DNA from: a virus
IMG/VR virus record: IMGVR_UViG_3300047312_000028
Coordinates: 96,001 to 160,000 of that record
Length of the DNA stretch: 64,000 bases
Direction: 5' to 3' (one strand)
Part shown: piece by piece, positions 1 to 10,022 of the stretch
Layout: each line of letters begins with the position of its first letter
Numbering within the stretch: position 1 is the first letter of the stretch
Translations under genes and position numbers: made by a program
The notes under the pieces: model-generated
Databases searched by the model: none
Seen by the model: only the letters and a program-made list of their open reading frames with translations
What the model was told of the DNA's origin: nothing

Positions 1-2
1 GC

Positions 3-332
3 AAAACATTACAGAAAGTGATTATGACTTCCGGCAGCGGGATCTTCAAAGAGGATGAAGTTGTTCGAGAACCCAACCGCGATCTTGTGGGTAAAGTATT
101 CTCATGGACCCCTAGCACGAACACTGCATACTTTAACAGCATGACAGGTGTTCTCAGAGCGAACGACGAAGTGTGGGGACTGGAAAGTGGTGCACATTGG
201 GTAGTACAGAGTGTTGAGGTCACCAATCAGAAAGATGCGCAGATACACATTTATCAGAATCCAATCACAGCAAACCAATATTCAGACTATGGATATTCAA
301 CAGTCATAACTGAATTCCCAGACACTTTATAG
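3..332 (+). CDS. gp15: Tail sheath stabilizer/completion protein gp15, C-terminal part (5' truncated by window edge)
   Basis: Frame is open from the window start. C-terminal NPITANQYSDYGY resembles gp15 ends, and the gene sits directly upstream of gp16-gp17. Confidence 0.6.
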   Translation, partial: KTLQKVIMTSGSGIFKEDEVVREPNRDLVGKVFSWTPSTNTAYFNSMTGVLRANDEVWGLESGAHWVVQSVEVTNQKDAQIHIYQNPITANQYSDYGYSTVITEFPDTL

Positions 333-339
333 GTGAAAC

Positions 340-861
340 GTGAAATTGAATCAAATTCTTGACCTAGATGTAACAGTGCCTTCAGCGTCGAATACCGGTA
401 ATGCCACGACCACTGTGGCGATTATGGTGCCTGTGAACCTCGTCCCAGATGTGAGCGGAAGCGCGAACAACACGATTGAACAGGACGCTGCCGAGACACG
501 AAAGAATGTCCGCACACTCATTGCTCAAGGTACACAAGCTGTTACAGAGTTGTTGGCACTTGCCCGCGATCTCAAAACACCACGCGCCTATGAAGTCGCA
601 AGTAACATGCTGAAAACCATGTCGGATCTCAGTCAGGATCTTCTAGTCGTTCGACAACAAGAGAAGACACTTGAAGAGACAGCAGACACAGGTGATATCA
701 CGATTCAACAAGCTGTGTTTGTGGGGTCGACGGCCGACCTAGCTGAGTTAGTGAAACTGAAGAGGGCTGAGAGAAAAAATGCAAACACCATCACGGTCAA
801 AGCCGAAAGCGTCACAGACGTTCAAGGTACGACCAGTCTCCAAGAAATTCTACCTCACTAA
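340..861 (+). CDS. gp16: Terminase small subunit
   Basis: PRAYEVA motif and C-terminal AVFVGSTADL typical of T4-like gp16; precedes gp17. Confidence 0.88.
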   Translation: MKLNQILDLDVTVPSASNTGNATTTVAIMVPVNLVPDVSGSANNTIEQDAAETRKNVRTLIAQGTQAVTELLALARDLKTPRAYEVASNMLKTMSDLSQDLLVVRQQEKTLEETADTGDITIQQAVFVGSTADLAELVKLKRAERKNANTITVKAESVTDVQGTTSLQEILPH

Positions 862-2512
862 TCCTAGGCTGAAGGCCGCAGGGGTTCAGGTACAATTCTC
901 ACAAGATCAAGTAAACGAATGGGTGAGGTGTTCACAGGACCCCGTCTACTTCGTCACAACCTATTGTAAAATCGTCCACGTAGATCGTGGTATCATTGCA
1001 TTCGATCTCTTTGACTTCCAGAAAGAGATTATCGAAACCTATTTCTGTGAACGTAAAGTTATTGTTAAACTTCCTCGACAGATGGGTAAGACCACCACGA
1101 CTGCCGCGTTCTTCTTATGGTACATTCTCTTTAACGACAACAAGGTCTGTGCGATCCTCGCTAACAAGGCACCTATCTCTCAAGAAATCTTGGGTCGTAT
1201 TAAAATGATGTACGAACACTTGCCCCTCTGGCTTCAGCAGGGGGTAGTTGAGTGGAACAAACGTTCGATCACTGTTGAAAACGGATCACGTATTCTCGCT
1301 GCCGCAACCAGTTCAAGTGCGATTCGAGGATTCTCCTTGTCTCTGGTGTTCATGGACGAATTTGCGCACGTACCAAACAACATTGCAGAAGAATTCTTCA
1401 CCTCCATCTATCCAACGATTACCTCTGGTAAGGAAACAAAGATCCTTATTGCAAGTACACCAAACGGCTTGAACCACTACTACAAGTTCTGGACTGAAGC
1501 GGAAAGCAAGAGTAACGACTTCGTTCCCCTCTATTACAAGTGGGATAAGATGCCAGGACGCGATCAGGCCTGGGCAGATGAACAGTTACGCGCTTTGAAG
1601 GAAATGAAGTATCGCCAGGAAGTGTTGTGTGAATTCTTGGGATCAAGTGACACACTTATCTCAGGAAGCAAACTCTCAACGATGGCGATTAAGCAACCAA
1701 TCGTGTCAGAAGAGGGATGGCAAGTCTACGAACACCCACAAGAGGGCCACACCTATATCATTTGCGTCGATCCCGCCCGTGGTATCAATCGGGATGCTTC
1801 AGCATATTGGGTCATTGACGTGACACAGATTCCATATCGTGGAGTCGCCAAGTACCACAGTCATACAATTGCCCCGATGATCTTCCCAAATCTTATCTTT
1901 AACGCAGCCGTGAAATACAACCATGCGTTCGTGCTGGTTGAAATCAACGATAACGGACAACAGATCGTTGATATGCTGCACTATGATCTAGAATATGAAA
2001 ACATCTTCAAGCTTGAATCATCCCAAAAGGGAGGATCGAAGATTGCCGCAGGTTACAAGAAATCTATGCGCTTGGGTCTTCGTATGACCGAATCTGTCAA
2101 ACGTATCGGTTGTTTGAACCTCAAGACGTTGATTGAACAGGATAAGCTCTTAATTGAAGACTTTGACACCATTTCAGAGTTTTCGACGTTCACCCAGCAA
2201 CTCCAGACATTCAAAGCCGAAGAAGATCACTATGACGATTTGGTCATGTGTCTTGTCAGCTTTTCGTGGTTAGTGACTCAGAAGTACTTCCGAGAAGCCC
2301 AGGGGCGTAAGGTAGATATCCGAAAATCGCTCGAAACAGACCAGACGGCGCTGGTCGAGGACGATATCGTTCCGTTTGGGGTTATCGATACCGGTCTGGA
2401 AGATCCTATAAGTTTCGAGGACGGGGAGCTTTGGATACAAACTCGCAGCATGGATCCCGAGGAATTACAGCAGGCCATGAAGCGTTACGTTGAACGAGCA
2501 CATGGTATTTAG
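779..2512 (+). CDS. gp17: Terminase large subunit
   Basis: Walker A PRQMGKTT, Walker B LVFMDEFAH, ASTPNG coupling motif, nuclease CVDPARG and HYDDLVM. Confidence 0.98.
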   Translation: MQTPSRSKPKASQTFKVRPVSKKFYLTNPRLKAAGVQVQFSQDQVNEWVRCSQDPVYFVTTYCKIVHVDRGIIAFDLFDFQKEIIETYFCERKVIVKLPRQMGKTTTTAAFFLWYILFNDNKVCAILANKAPISQEILGRIKMMYEHLPLWLQQGVVEWNKRSITVENGSRILAAATSSSAIRGFSLSLVFMDEFAHVPNNIAEEFFTSIYPTITSGKETKILIASTPNGLNHYYKFWTEAESKSNDFVPLYYKWDKMPGRDQAWADEQLRALKEMKYRQEVLCEFLGSSDTLISGSKLSTMAIKQPIVSEEGWQVYEHPQEGHTYIICVDPARGINRDASAYWVIDVTQIPYRGVAKYHSHTIAPMIFPNLIFNAAVKYNHAFVLVEINDNGQQIVDMLHYDLEYENIFKLESSQKGGSKIAAGYKKSMRLGLRMTESVKRIGCLNLKTLIEQDKLLIEDFDTISEFSTFTQQLQTFKAEEDHYDDLVMCLVSFSWLVTQKYFREAQGRKVDIRKSLETDQTALVEDDIVPFGVIDTGLEDPISFEDGELWIQTRSMDPEELQQAMKRYVERAHGI

Positions 2513-2525
2513 GAATCACTAGAAG

Positions 2526-2533
2526 TATAAATA
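2526..2533 (+). promoter_or_regulatory. T4-type late promoter TATAAATA upstream of gp18
   Basis: Exact TATAAATA in the intergenic region; the phage encodes gp55. Confidence 0.85.
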
Positions 2534-2606
2534 GACTTACGAAACCAGATTTTCGACAAATTATGACTTCCACTGTAGCACACTAATCCTATGTAAGGAG
2601 ATAACC

Positions 2607-4508
2607 ATGGCATTCCAGCTTAGCCCGGGCGTAAATGTTTCTGAAATTGATGCCACAACCATCGTTCCTACCGTTTCGACAACGACAGGCGCGGCAGTTG
2701 GGCAATTCAATTGGGGTCCTGTTGAGACTCGCCAACTTATCGACACAGAAGTAAAGCTGGTCACCTGGTTCGGTAAGCCAGACTCCAACACATTCGTTGC
2801 ATTCTTCTCAGCGGCAAACTTCCTTGCCTATGGCAATCAGCTACGTGTCACCCGTGCAGCAAACTCTGCCACGAAGAACGCGGTGGCAAACAATGCTACA
2901 GGCGCAGCATTACAGATCAAGAACGAAACCCTCTATGAAGCCAACTACTACGCAGGAGAAGGCGACTTCGGTTCCTTCGCGGCTCGCTACCCAGGCGCTC
3001 TTGGTAACAACTTGAAAGTGTCTGTTTGCGGTAGCTCGAATGTATTTGCTAGCAACGCTTCATTACAAACTGGCGCAACAGCGAACACAGGTAATGCAGG
3101 AGACTTAGTAATCAACACAACCGGTAACTCTGCTCCAGTCGTTCGCACAGGTGATTATGTGAAGGTTGGTACCAACCCTTACGTCCAAGTCGCTTCTGCA
3201 AACGCGACCGCGATTGTCATTGCCAGTGCATTGACTGTAGCGATCACAGGTCCTACATCGATCCTTCGCAAGTGGGAGTATGCCGATCAGTTCGACAGTG
3301 CTCCAGGCACCTCTGACTACGCAGCCGGCCACAACGGGGTGAACGATGAATTACATGTTATCGTCCTCGACGAAGACGGCGGAATCAGCGGAACAGTCGG
3401 TCAGGTTCTTGAGAAGTACCCATTTGTGTCAAAAGCATCCGATGCGAAGAGCAATGATGGATCAAGCATCTACTACCCAACCGTACTCTTCAACAAGTCG
3501 CGCTATATCTACTGGGGCGATCATGATGCCAACGGTACAAACTGGGGCAACACAGTCACCGGAACGACCTTTACTGATGTAACACAAGCACAGCGATTGA
3601 GTTTGGCGGGTGGTACAGATCAGACAGTCACAGACGGAGACTTGCAGAATGCCTGGGCTCTATACATTAACGCAGAAGTTGTGGACGTATCACTCTTAGT
3701 CTTGGGTGAAGCCGATGCAACAGTGCAGACTTATGTTCTCAATAACGTGGCCGAAGTGCGTAAGGATTGCGTAGCGTTCTTGTCACCAGCAAGAGCCAAC
3801 GTGGTTAACAACATTGGATTTGAAGCGGATGCTGTTGTGACCTATCGCAACTCACTCCCATCATCCAGCTACGCTGAAATCGATTGTAACTGGAAGTACC
3901 AGTATGATAAGTACAATGACACCTATCGTTACTTGCCATTGAACGGAGATATCGCAGGACTCTGTGTTCGCACAGATACGACCCGTGATGCTTGGTTCTC
4001 GCCAGCAGGTTACGACAGAGGGCAGATCAAGAACGTTGTCAAGCTTGCTTGGAACCCAACACTTGCAGAGCGCGACACTCTCTACAAGAACGGTATCAAC
4101 CCTGTGGTCACATTCCCAGGCGATGGTACGGTCCTTTACGGAGACAAGACAATGCAGAGCAAGCCAAGCGCATTCGACAGAATCAACGTGCGCAGACTCT
4201 TTATCGTCTTGGAAAAGGCAATCGCCCGTGCTTCAAAGTTCAGCTTGTTTGAATTCAACGATGAATTCACCAGAGCACAGTTTGTGGCAATGGTTGAGCC
4301 ATTCCTTCGTGATGTGCAGGGCCGCAGAGGTATCTTTGACTACCGCGTGGTAGCAGACACAACCAACAACACACCTGATGTGATTGATGCCAACAGCTTC
4401 GTAGGAGACATTTACGTTAAGCCAGCACGTTCGATCAACTTCATTCAATTGAACTTTGTGGCAGTGAGAACGGGTGTGAGCTTCGATGAAATCGTAGGGA
4501 AGTTCTAA
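2607..4508 (+). CDS. gp18: Tail sheath protein
   Basis: MAFQLSPGVNVSEID N-terminus, WFSPAG, SAFDRINVRRLF, KPARSINFIQLNFVA. Confidence 0.98.
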   Translation: MAFQLSPGVNVSEIDATTIVPTVSTTTGAAVGQFNWGPVETRQLIDTEVKLVTWFGKPDSNTFVAFFSAANFLAYGNQLRVTRAANSATKNAVANNATGAALQIKNETLYEANYYAGEGDFGSFAARYPGALGNNLKVSVCGSSNVFASNASLQTGATANTGNAGDLVINTTGNSAPVVRTGDYVKVGTNPYVQVASANATAIVIASALTVAITGPTSILRKWEYADQFDSAPGTSDYAAGHNGVNDELHVIVLDEDGGISGTVGQVLEKYPFVSKASDAKSNDGSSIYYPTVLFNKSRYIYWGDHDANGTNWGNTVTGTTFTDVTQAQRLSLAGGTDQTVTDGDLQNAWALYINAEVVDVSLLVLGEADATVQTYVLNNVAEVRKDCVAFLSPARANVVNNIGFEADAVVTYRNSLPSSSYAEIDCNWKYQYDKYNDTYRYLPLNGDIAGLCVRTDTTRDAWFSPAGYDRGQIKNVVKLAWNPTLAERDTLYKNGINPVVTFPGDGTVLYGDKTMQSKPSAFDRINVRRLFIVLEKAIARASKFSLFEFNDEFTRAQFVAMVEPFLRDVQGRRGIFDYRVVADTTNNTPDVIDANSFVGDIYVKPARSINFIQLNFVAVRTGVSFDEIVGKF

Positions 4509-4516
4509 ACCGTCGT

Positions 4517-4524
4517 CATAAATA
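4517..4524 (+). promoter_or_regulatory. Late promoter variant CATAAATA upstream of gp19
   Basis: Intergenic, one mismatch to TATAAATA; the same variant recurs before other late genes. Confidence 0.7.
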
Positions 4525-4551
4525 ACGATATCAAGAACAGAGGAGACGCAC

Positions 4552-5106
4552 ATGCCATTCAATTCGTATGAATTTAGAGCACAGATGCAAGGAGACGGCG
4601 CTAGACCAAATCTCTTTGAAGTTCAATTAGTGTTCCCTACGTTTATCAATCCAGGTAACGCAAATCGCAAATTGACCTTCATGGCGAAGACCGCTTCATT
4701 GCCAGGTTCGACTATCGGTCACGTACCGGTATTCTACTTTGGTCGTGAAACGAAGCTTGCAGGCAACCGTACATTCCCAGAATGGACGTTGTCCATCTTG
4801 AACGATGAAGACTTTGCAATAAAGAACGCATTCGAGAAGTGGATGAACGGTATGAATCGTCATGTCAGCAACGTGCGCGATCTTTGGGCTGGTAACTCAC
4901 TTGGATACTCAACACAAGCAACAGTCAAGCAATTCTCCAAGACCGGTGGTGTGTTGAAGACGTATACCTTCGAGGGTATGTTCCCAGTTGACCTCAGTCA
5001 AATCGACCTTGATTGGGGATCGAACGACACGATTGAAGAATTCAGCGTGACACTCGCCTATCAGTACTACACCGCTGTAGCCAAAGATAACACCGTTATC
5101 GCATAA
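4552..5106 (+). CDS. gp19: Tail tube protein
   Basis: GARPNLFEV, GRETKLAGNRTFPEWT, IEEFSVTLAYQY; follows gp18. Confidence 0.97.
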   Translation: MPFNSYEFRAQMQGDGARPNLFEVQLVFPTFINPGNANRKLTFMAKTASLPGSTIGHVPVFYFGRETKLAGNRTFPEWTLSILNDEDFAIKNAFEKWMNGMNRHVSNVRDLWAGNSLGYSTQATVKQFSKTGGVLKTYTFEGMFPVDLSQIDLDWGSNDTIEEFSVTLAYQYYTAVAKDNTVIA

Positions 5107-5112
5107 ATGGAA

Positions 5113-5139
5113 TGGGGGTACCTTCGGGGCCCCCGTTTT
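5113..5139 (+). terminator. Intrinsic terminator after gp19
   Basis: GGGGGTACC-TTCG-GGGCCCCC stem with UUCG tetraloop followed by a T-run. Confidence 0.85.
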
Positions 5140-5183
5140 CGTGAATTCATAATGCTCAACCCAAAAAAGAAGGTGGGAATATA

Positions 5184-6893
5184 ATGGCCTGGAATCTTTT
5201 TGGCTATCATCTCGGTAAGACTCCTGATGTTACAAAAGTTGAAAAACCTTCAGTACAGAACCTCGTCATTCCGCAAGCGCAGATTGATGACGGTGCAATC
5301 ACTATTACACAAGGCGCCTACTACGGCACCTATGTGGACCTCGAAGGTTCGGTTCGTAACGAACTCGAACTAATCACCCGCTACCGTGAAATGGCCCTTC
5401 ACCCAGAGTGTTCAGAAGCGATTGAAGAAATCGTAACTGAATCTGTCACGCAAGACGATGATGGTGAAGTGGTTGAAATCAACCTCGACAAACTACAAGT
5501 ACAAGCCACGATCAAGAAAAGCATCCAAGCTGGGTTCGATAAGATCAAGAACATGCTCAGTTTTCAAGACTTAGGTGAAGACTTGTTTAAGCGTTGGTAT
5601 GTCGATGGTCGTTTGTATTTTCAAGTAGTCGTGGATAAAGAAGATCCAAAGAAGGGTGTTCAAGAACTTCGCTACATCGATCCGCGCAAGATCCGCAAAG
5701 TACGAGAAATCATGAAAGAGCGCGACCCTAAGAGCGGGATTGAAGTTATCAAAGCAGTTAGTGAATACTACGTATATAATGACAGAGGATTAACAGCGCA
5801 ATCATACACAGCAAGCGTGAACCAGGGCACCAGAATCTCACCAGACAGTATCGTTTTCGTGCCGTCTGGCCTGCTTGACGCCAAATCTACGATGGTTATT
5901 GGTTGGTTGCATAAAGCGATCAAGCCTTTGAACCAGCTTCGCATGATCGAAGACGCTATCGTTATCTACCGACTCTCCCGTGCGCCAGAACGTCGCATAT
6001 TCTACATCGACGTGGGCACCCTCCCAAAGATGAAAGCTGAACAGTACTTGAAAGACGTAATGTCCAAGTACCGTAATAAGCTGGTCTATGATGCAAACAC
6101 TGGTGAACTCAGAGACGAACGCAAGCACTTATCAATGCTTGAAGACTTCTGGCTCCCACGGCGCGAAGGTAGCAAGGGAACAGAAATCACAACATTACCT
6201 GGTGGTGAAAACCTAGGCAAGATGGAAGACGTGGAGTACTTCCAGAAGAAGCTCTATAAGTCATTGAACGTGCCAATCGGTCGTCTTGATACACAGTCTG
6301 CCGGTGGTGGTCTTGTCGGTCTTGGCCGAGTCGCTGAAATCACCCGCGATGAAGTCAAGTTCAATAAGTTCATTCACAGACTCCGTAATAAATTTGCTCG
6401 CCTATTCGACGAAGCTCTCAAGCAACATATGGTTCTTACAGGCGTATGTTCACTTGAAGAGTGGGAAACGTTCCGTGAGAATATCGCTTACGACTTCAAG
6501 AGTGATAACAACTTTGCCGAACTGAGGGATGCTGAACTCGAACGTGAACGCTTAACGTTACTTCCAATGATTCTTCCTTATGTTGGGATCTATTACTCGA
6601 ACACCTGGGTCAAGCGTCATATCTTGCACCAGTCTGATGATCTCATTAAAGAGATGGCAGATGAAATCGACGAAGAAACAGAGCGTGGAGAACTTCCATT
6701 ACCTCCTCCACCAGGATCTGAAGTGCCAGGACAACCGGGTCAGCCAGGTGCACCAGGCGGCGGCGGAGCAGGCATGCCTCCAGCCGCTCCAGTCAACAAT
6801 GTAGCTGATGCGCAAGAGCAACCAAATGAGTCATTGACGCCTGGATTAGACAAATCGGTTGAGAAGAATCTGTTCCCAAAGAGCGGTCGCTAA
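5184..6893 (+). CDS. gp20: Portal vertex protein
   Basis: RAPERRIFYIDVG, MLEDFWLPRREG, EITTLPGG motifs; Pro/Gly-rich C-terminal tail. Confidence 0.98.
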   Translation: MAWNLFGYHLGKTPDVTKVEKPSVQNLVIPQAQIDDGAITITQGAYYGTYVDLEGSVRNELELITRYREMALHPECSEAIEEIVTESVTQDDDGEVVEINLDKLQVQATIKKSIQAGFDKIKNMLSFQDLGEDLFKRWYVDGRLYFQVVVDKEDPKKGVQELRYIDPRKIRKVREIMKERDPKSGIEVIKAVSEYYVYNDRGLTAQSYTASVNQGTRISPDSIVFVPSGLLDAKSTMVIGWLHKAIKPLNQLRMIEDAIVIYRLSRAPERRIFYIDVGTLPKMKAEQYLKDVMSKYRNKLVYDANTGELRDERKHLSMLEDFWLPRREGSKGTEITTLPGGENLGKMEDVEYFQKKLYKSLNVPIGRLDTQSAGGGLVGLGRVAEITRDEVKFNKFIHRLRNKFARLFDEALKQHMVLTGVCSLEEWETFRENIAYDFKSDNNFAELRDAELERERLTLLPMILPYVGIYYSNTWVKRHILHQSDDLIKEMADEIDEETERGELPLPPPPGSEVPGQPGQPGAPGGGGAGMPPAAPVNNVADAQEQPNESLTPGLDKSVEKNLFPKSGR

Positions 6894-6896
6894 ACG

Positions 6897-6904
6897 CATA
6901 AATA
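6897..6904 (+). promoter_or_regulatory. Late promoter variant CATAAATA
   Basis: Intergenic, upstream of the prohead core genes. Confidence 0.7.
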
Positions 6905-6938
6905 GTACCGAACAGTTGTCTTTATACGGAGAAAAGCT

Positions 6939-7646
6939 ATGCAAATTACCGAAGTGCATATCAGCACAAGACATTTTGAATTTGCGCATGGTAAAAAGCC
7001 CAGAGGCACAGGATCATGGGCCTTCGGTACACACCCTAATCAACCTGTAGATAAGTTATTCTGGCACAATGGTCCTTATGGTGAGGCCGCAAAGGCTGCC
7101 AAAGAACACGCCAAGAAGAACGGTCATGGAGAAATGCACGTCATGTCTGAATCAAAAGAAGACGATATCAGAGATAGATCCTTAAAAGTCAAACGAGAGT
7201 TGGATGCCGCAGCGCGTTCAAAAGTTGCAAAGAAAACCTTAGACGCGGCCGCAGCCGCAAAGAAGGCAAAAATGATGAAGGAAGATTTTGCTCCAATCGG
7301 TGATGTGATTACATTGGTGGCCAACGATCAGCGTTCTGAAGCGACCTCAATTGTCAATGACCTTTTGAGTGCCCGAGTACTCGACGCACTCCAGGGGCAT
7401 AAGCAAGACATTGCCAAGTCGTTGTTTGCACCAGGCACAGAAGCCTTGCAAGAAGAGACTGAACAACTTGACGAAAAGAATTGGATTGCAGGCGCCGTAA
7501 AGAACAAGGGTGGATTGCATCGTGCGTTAGGTGTCAAGGAAGGCGATAAGATTCCTGAAAGCAAGATCGACGCCGCAGCACACAAAAAGGGTAAGGTTGG
7601 TAAAGAAGCTCGCTTGGCAAAGACGCTCAAGGGATTCCACAAGTAA
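6939..7646 (+). CDS. Prohead core protein (gp67-like helix) with extra basic modules
   Basis: Position after the portal; gp67-like segment (IVNDLLSARVLDALQGHKQDIAKSLF) flanked by modules bounded by ITE, MSE, MKE, LQEE and LDE. Confidence 0.6.
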   Translation: MQITEVHISTRHFEFAHGKKPRGTGSWAFGTHPNQPVDKLFWHNGPYGEAAKAAKEHAKKNGHGEMHVMSESKEDDIRDRSLKVKRELDAAARSKVAKKTLDAAAAAKKAKMMKEDFAPIGDVITLVANDQRSEATSIVNDLLSARVLDALQGHKQDIAKSLFAPGTEALQEETEQLDEKNWIAGAVKNKGGLHRALGVKEGDKIPESKIDAAAHKKGKVGKEARLAKTLKGFHK

Positions 7647-7650
7647 TTCA

Positions 7651-8505
7651 ATGAAAGAATTTACAGACCTACGCAAGCAATTGTATGAAGGGGTGGAGGA
7701 CTTGGCGGAGCATATTGCAATCGCCACTAGTTCTATGCCTCCCAACATTCTGATTCTTCGTAGGAAGACTGTACGACAGTTCCCAAATCATACGATGGTT
7801 GCCTTGTATTACAATGATAAGCTCGACCAATATTTCAGCATTCCTTATGGCGGTGATGCTAGCGCAGTGGTCACTCCAGTCTCATTGAGAGAAGAAGAAC
7901 AGCTTCAAGAAGTTTCTGATAAGGTGGCTACCTCAGCATTCTATGCCCGTCTTGGTCGTTCTAAGTATGCGTCCAAGAAAGGTGACCGCGTTACGGCCGA
8001 TAAGCACATGACAAAAGCTATGCAGACGCATGAGCGCATTAAGAAAAAGCATTTGGAAGAAGACATAGAAGAACTCGACGAAGCCGGCTATCGTACAAAT
8101 CCAAAACGTGCCGCATGGATGTCCGAATTTGAAACTCATGTAGTCAAGCAGGCGCCTGAACACACTGGGAAGATCGATTGGGATTCCGCGCACCATATGC
8201 ACTTTTCTGGCAAGGGCGCAAAAGAATCAGCAGACCAGTATGTAAAGAGCCGACACCAGTTACCTGAATCAGTCGAACACAACGCGATTGATACACTACG
8301 ATCAATCAGAGACTTTCACGCGATTAAGCATATCAAACATGACGATGGAACAAAGACGCATGTAGACCCAACGACTGCCCATGCACTCTTAACGGTTCAT
8401 GATGCGTTGAAGCCAGAGCACCAAACAAAGTTTGCAGAGCATTTGAAAGCCTCAAAGCCAAAGTTTAACAAGATGCTTGATTTTACATGGAAGTCGGTGC
8501 ACTAA
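7651..8505 (+). CDS. Putative internal head/prohead core polyprotein
   Basis: Likely start ATG 7651 (MKEFTDLRKQLYE, capsid-targeting-like); several L-X-E boundaries; lies in the head cluster. Confidence 0.6.
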   Translation: MKEFTDLRKQLYEGVEDLAEHIAIATSSMPPNILILRRKTVRQFPNHTMVALYYNDKLDQYFSIPYGGDASAVVTPVSLREEEQLQEVSDKVATSAFYARLGRSKYASKKGDRVTADKHMTKAMQTHERIKKKHLEEDIEELDEAGYRTNPKRAAWMSEFETHVVKQAPEHTGKIDWDSAHHMHFSGKGAKESADQYVKSRHQLPESVEHNAIDTLRSIRDFHAIKHIKHDDGTKTHVDPTTAHALLTVHDALKPEHQTKFAEHLKASKPKFNKMLDFTWKSVH

Positions 8506-8909
8506 TGCACCCGATTACAGCAATCGTGACCGGGGAAGGCGCGATAGCTAAAAAGATTATTTCTGAAGCGTTAAATAGTATTGTGTTAGAGAAGATTGCC
8601 ATACTACGAAAGATCATGTCGAATCGAGTACATGGAACGCTTGCAGAAGCAAACAGAATGCGCCAGGGTCGTACAGTTTTAATTCGTCGCCGCATTCGTA
8701 AAGGGAAGTTACAGCGTAACATTCGACGATCCGCCGTCAAGGGATTCACATTGCGCCACGGTAAGATTACTCGTATCCCAGTGGCCAGACGTGTGCATAT
8801 GAGAATCGTGCAGAGGAGAGCCGCACGTAAACGTAAGGCACATATGCAGCAGACACTCCGTAAGAGAAAATTGAGTCTTAGAAAACGCAAAGCATATGGA
8901 ATCAAGTAA
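8505..8909 (+). CDS. gp68: Prohead core protein gp68-like
   Basis: Extremely Arg/Lys-rich C-terminus (RRAARKRKAH..RKRKLSLRKRKAYGIK); upstream of gp21. Confidence 0.75.
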   Translation: MHPITAIVTGEGAIAKKIISEALNSIVLEKIAILRKIMSNRVHGTLAEANRMRQGRTVLIRRRIRKGKLQRNIRRSAVKGFTLRHGKITRIPVARRVHMRIVQRRAARKRKAHMQQTLRKRKLSLRKRKAYGIK

Positions 8910-8917
8910 GGAGCACC

Positions 8918-9298
8918 ATGTCATACGAACTTCTCAATAAACTTCGTGGGCCATCGACAATCAAGTTAGTTGATAGCACAACCGTATCAATTAACTTGTC
9001 ACAATTGTCCGTCACTGTCTCAGGCAACACTCAGGTCGAAAACGTGTACTCTGCGGCAATCACCTCTATGAAATGGTCGTTGCACCCAACAACAGGATCG
9101 TTGCAAATTTCACGACAGAATGCAGGCAGCGCAGCAAACGTGGTGGCGAACGTATTTCAGACAGGATCTTGGAAACACGATGAAGTCAACATTGCAAACT
9201 CTGCAACCGGTAATATTATTTTCACGATGGTAGGTCCTGGTAGTGCGTTCATCACTCTTTCAAAGGTCGCCGATTACAACGTAAGTACACAATTCTAA
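8918..9298 (+). CDS. Hypothetical virion protein between gp68 and gp21
   Basis: AAGGAG SD, beta-rich composition, head-cluster position. Confidence 0.7.
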   Translation: MSYELLNKLRGPSTIKLVDSTTVSINLSQLSVTVSGNTQVENVYSAAITSMKWSLHPTTGSLQISRQNAGSAANVVANVFQTGSWKHDEVNIANSATGNIIFTMVGPGSAFITLSKVADYNVSTQF

Positions 9299-9305
9299 GG
9301 ACACC

Positions 9306-9959
9306 ATGAAACTAATAAGAGAAAGCGTCGAACAAGTCAAGGTGCTCACAGAATCCGATAAGATTTCGGGTAAGAAGCATTACTACATTGAAGGTATCTT
9401 CATGCAGTCTGACCGCCCGAATAAGAATCGCCGTCAATACCAGTTTGAATCACTCAATAAAGAAGCAGACCGGTATCGTTCTGTGTATATCGATAAGAGC
9501 CGCGCATTTGGCGAACTTGGTCATCCTGACTCTCCAACGATTAACTTGGAACGAGTTAGTCATATGATTAAGGAACTTCGTCCAGATGGCAAAGATTTCT
9601 ACGGCAAAGCGAAGATTCTAGAAACTCCATACGGCAAAATCGTGCAAAGTCTTCTTGATGAAGGTGCGATGATTGCAGTCAGCACCCGCGGATTGGGTTC
9701 ATTGGTCAAGGGTTCAGACGGTATTGATATCGTACAAGACGATTATCAGTTGGCTACAGCGGCCGACATTGTAGCAGACCCTTCTGCCCCTGATGCTTTT
9801 GTGCATGGCATCATGGAAGGCAAGGAGTGGATGTGCGTTGAGGGTAGATATGTGGAATGCGACATTGAACGCGCAAAAAAGGTCATCGAAGCGGCCCCAG
9901 GTCGTCGATTACAAGAAGTTGCCGTTCGCCTATTCTCAGAGTTTATGAGAAAACTGTAA
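9306..9959 (+). CDS. gp21: Prohead core scaffold protease
   Basis: MKLIRE, YIEGIFMQ, GELGHP, VSTRGLGS, DIVADPSAPDA. Confidence 0.97.
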   Translation: MKLIRESVEQVKVLTESDKISGKKHYYIEGIFMQSDRPNKNRRQYQFESLNKEADRYRSVYIDKSRAFGELGHPDSPTINLERVSHMIKELRPDGKDFYGKAKILETPYGKIVQSLLDEGAMIAVSTRGLGSLVKGSDGIDIVQDDYQLATAADIVADPSAPDAFVHGIMEGKEWMCVEGRYVECDIERAKKVIEAAPGRRLQEVAVRLFSEFMRKL

Positions 9960-9983
9960 TACGGTACTCAAAATACCGTGTTT

Positions 9984-9991
9984 TATAAATA
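9984..9991 (+). promoter_or_regulatory. Late promoter TATAAATA upstream of gp22-gp23
   Basis: Exact consensus, intergenic. Confidence 0.85.
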
Positions 9992-10022
9992 ACAATTACT
10001 TGTGTAGCCTAAGGAGAACCTC

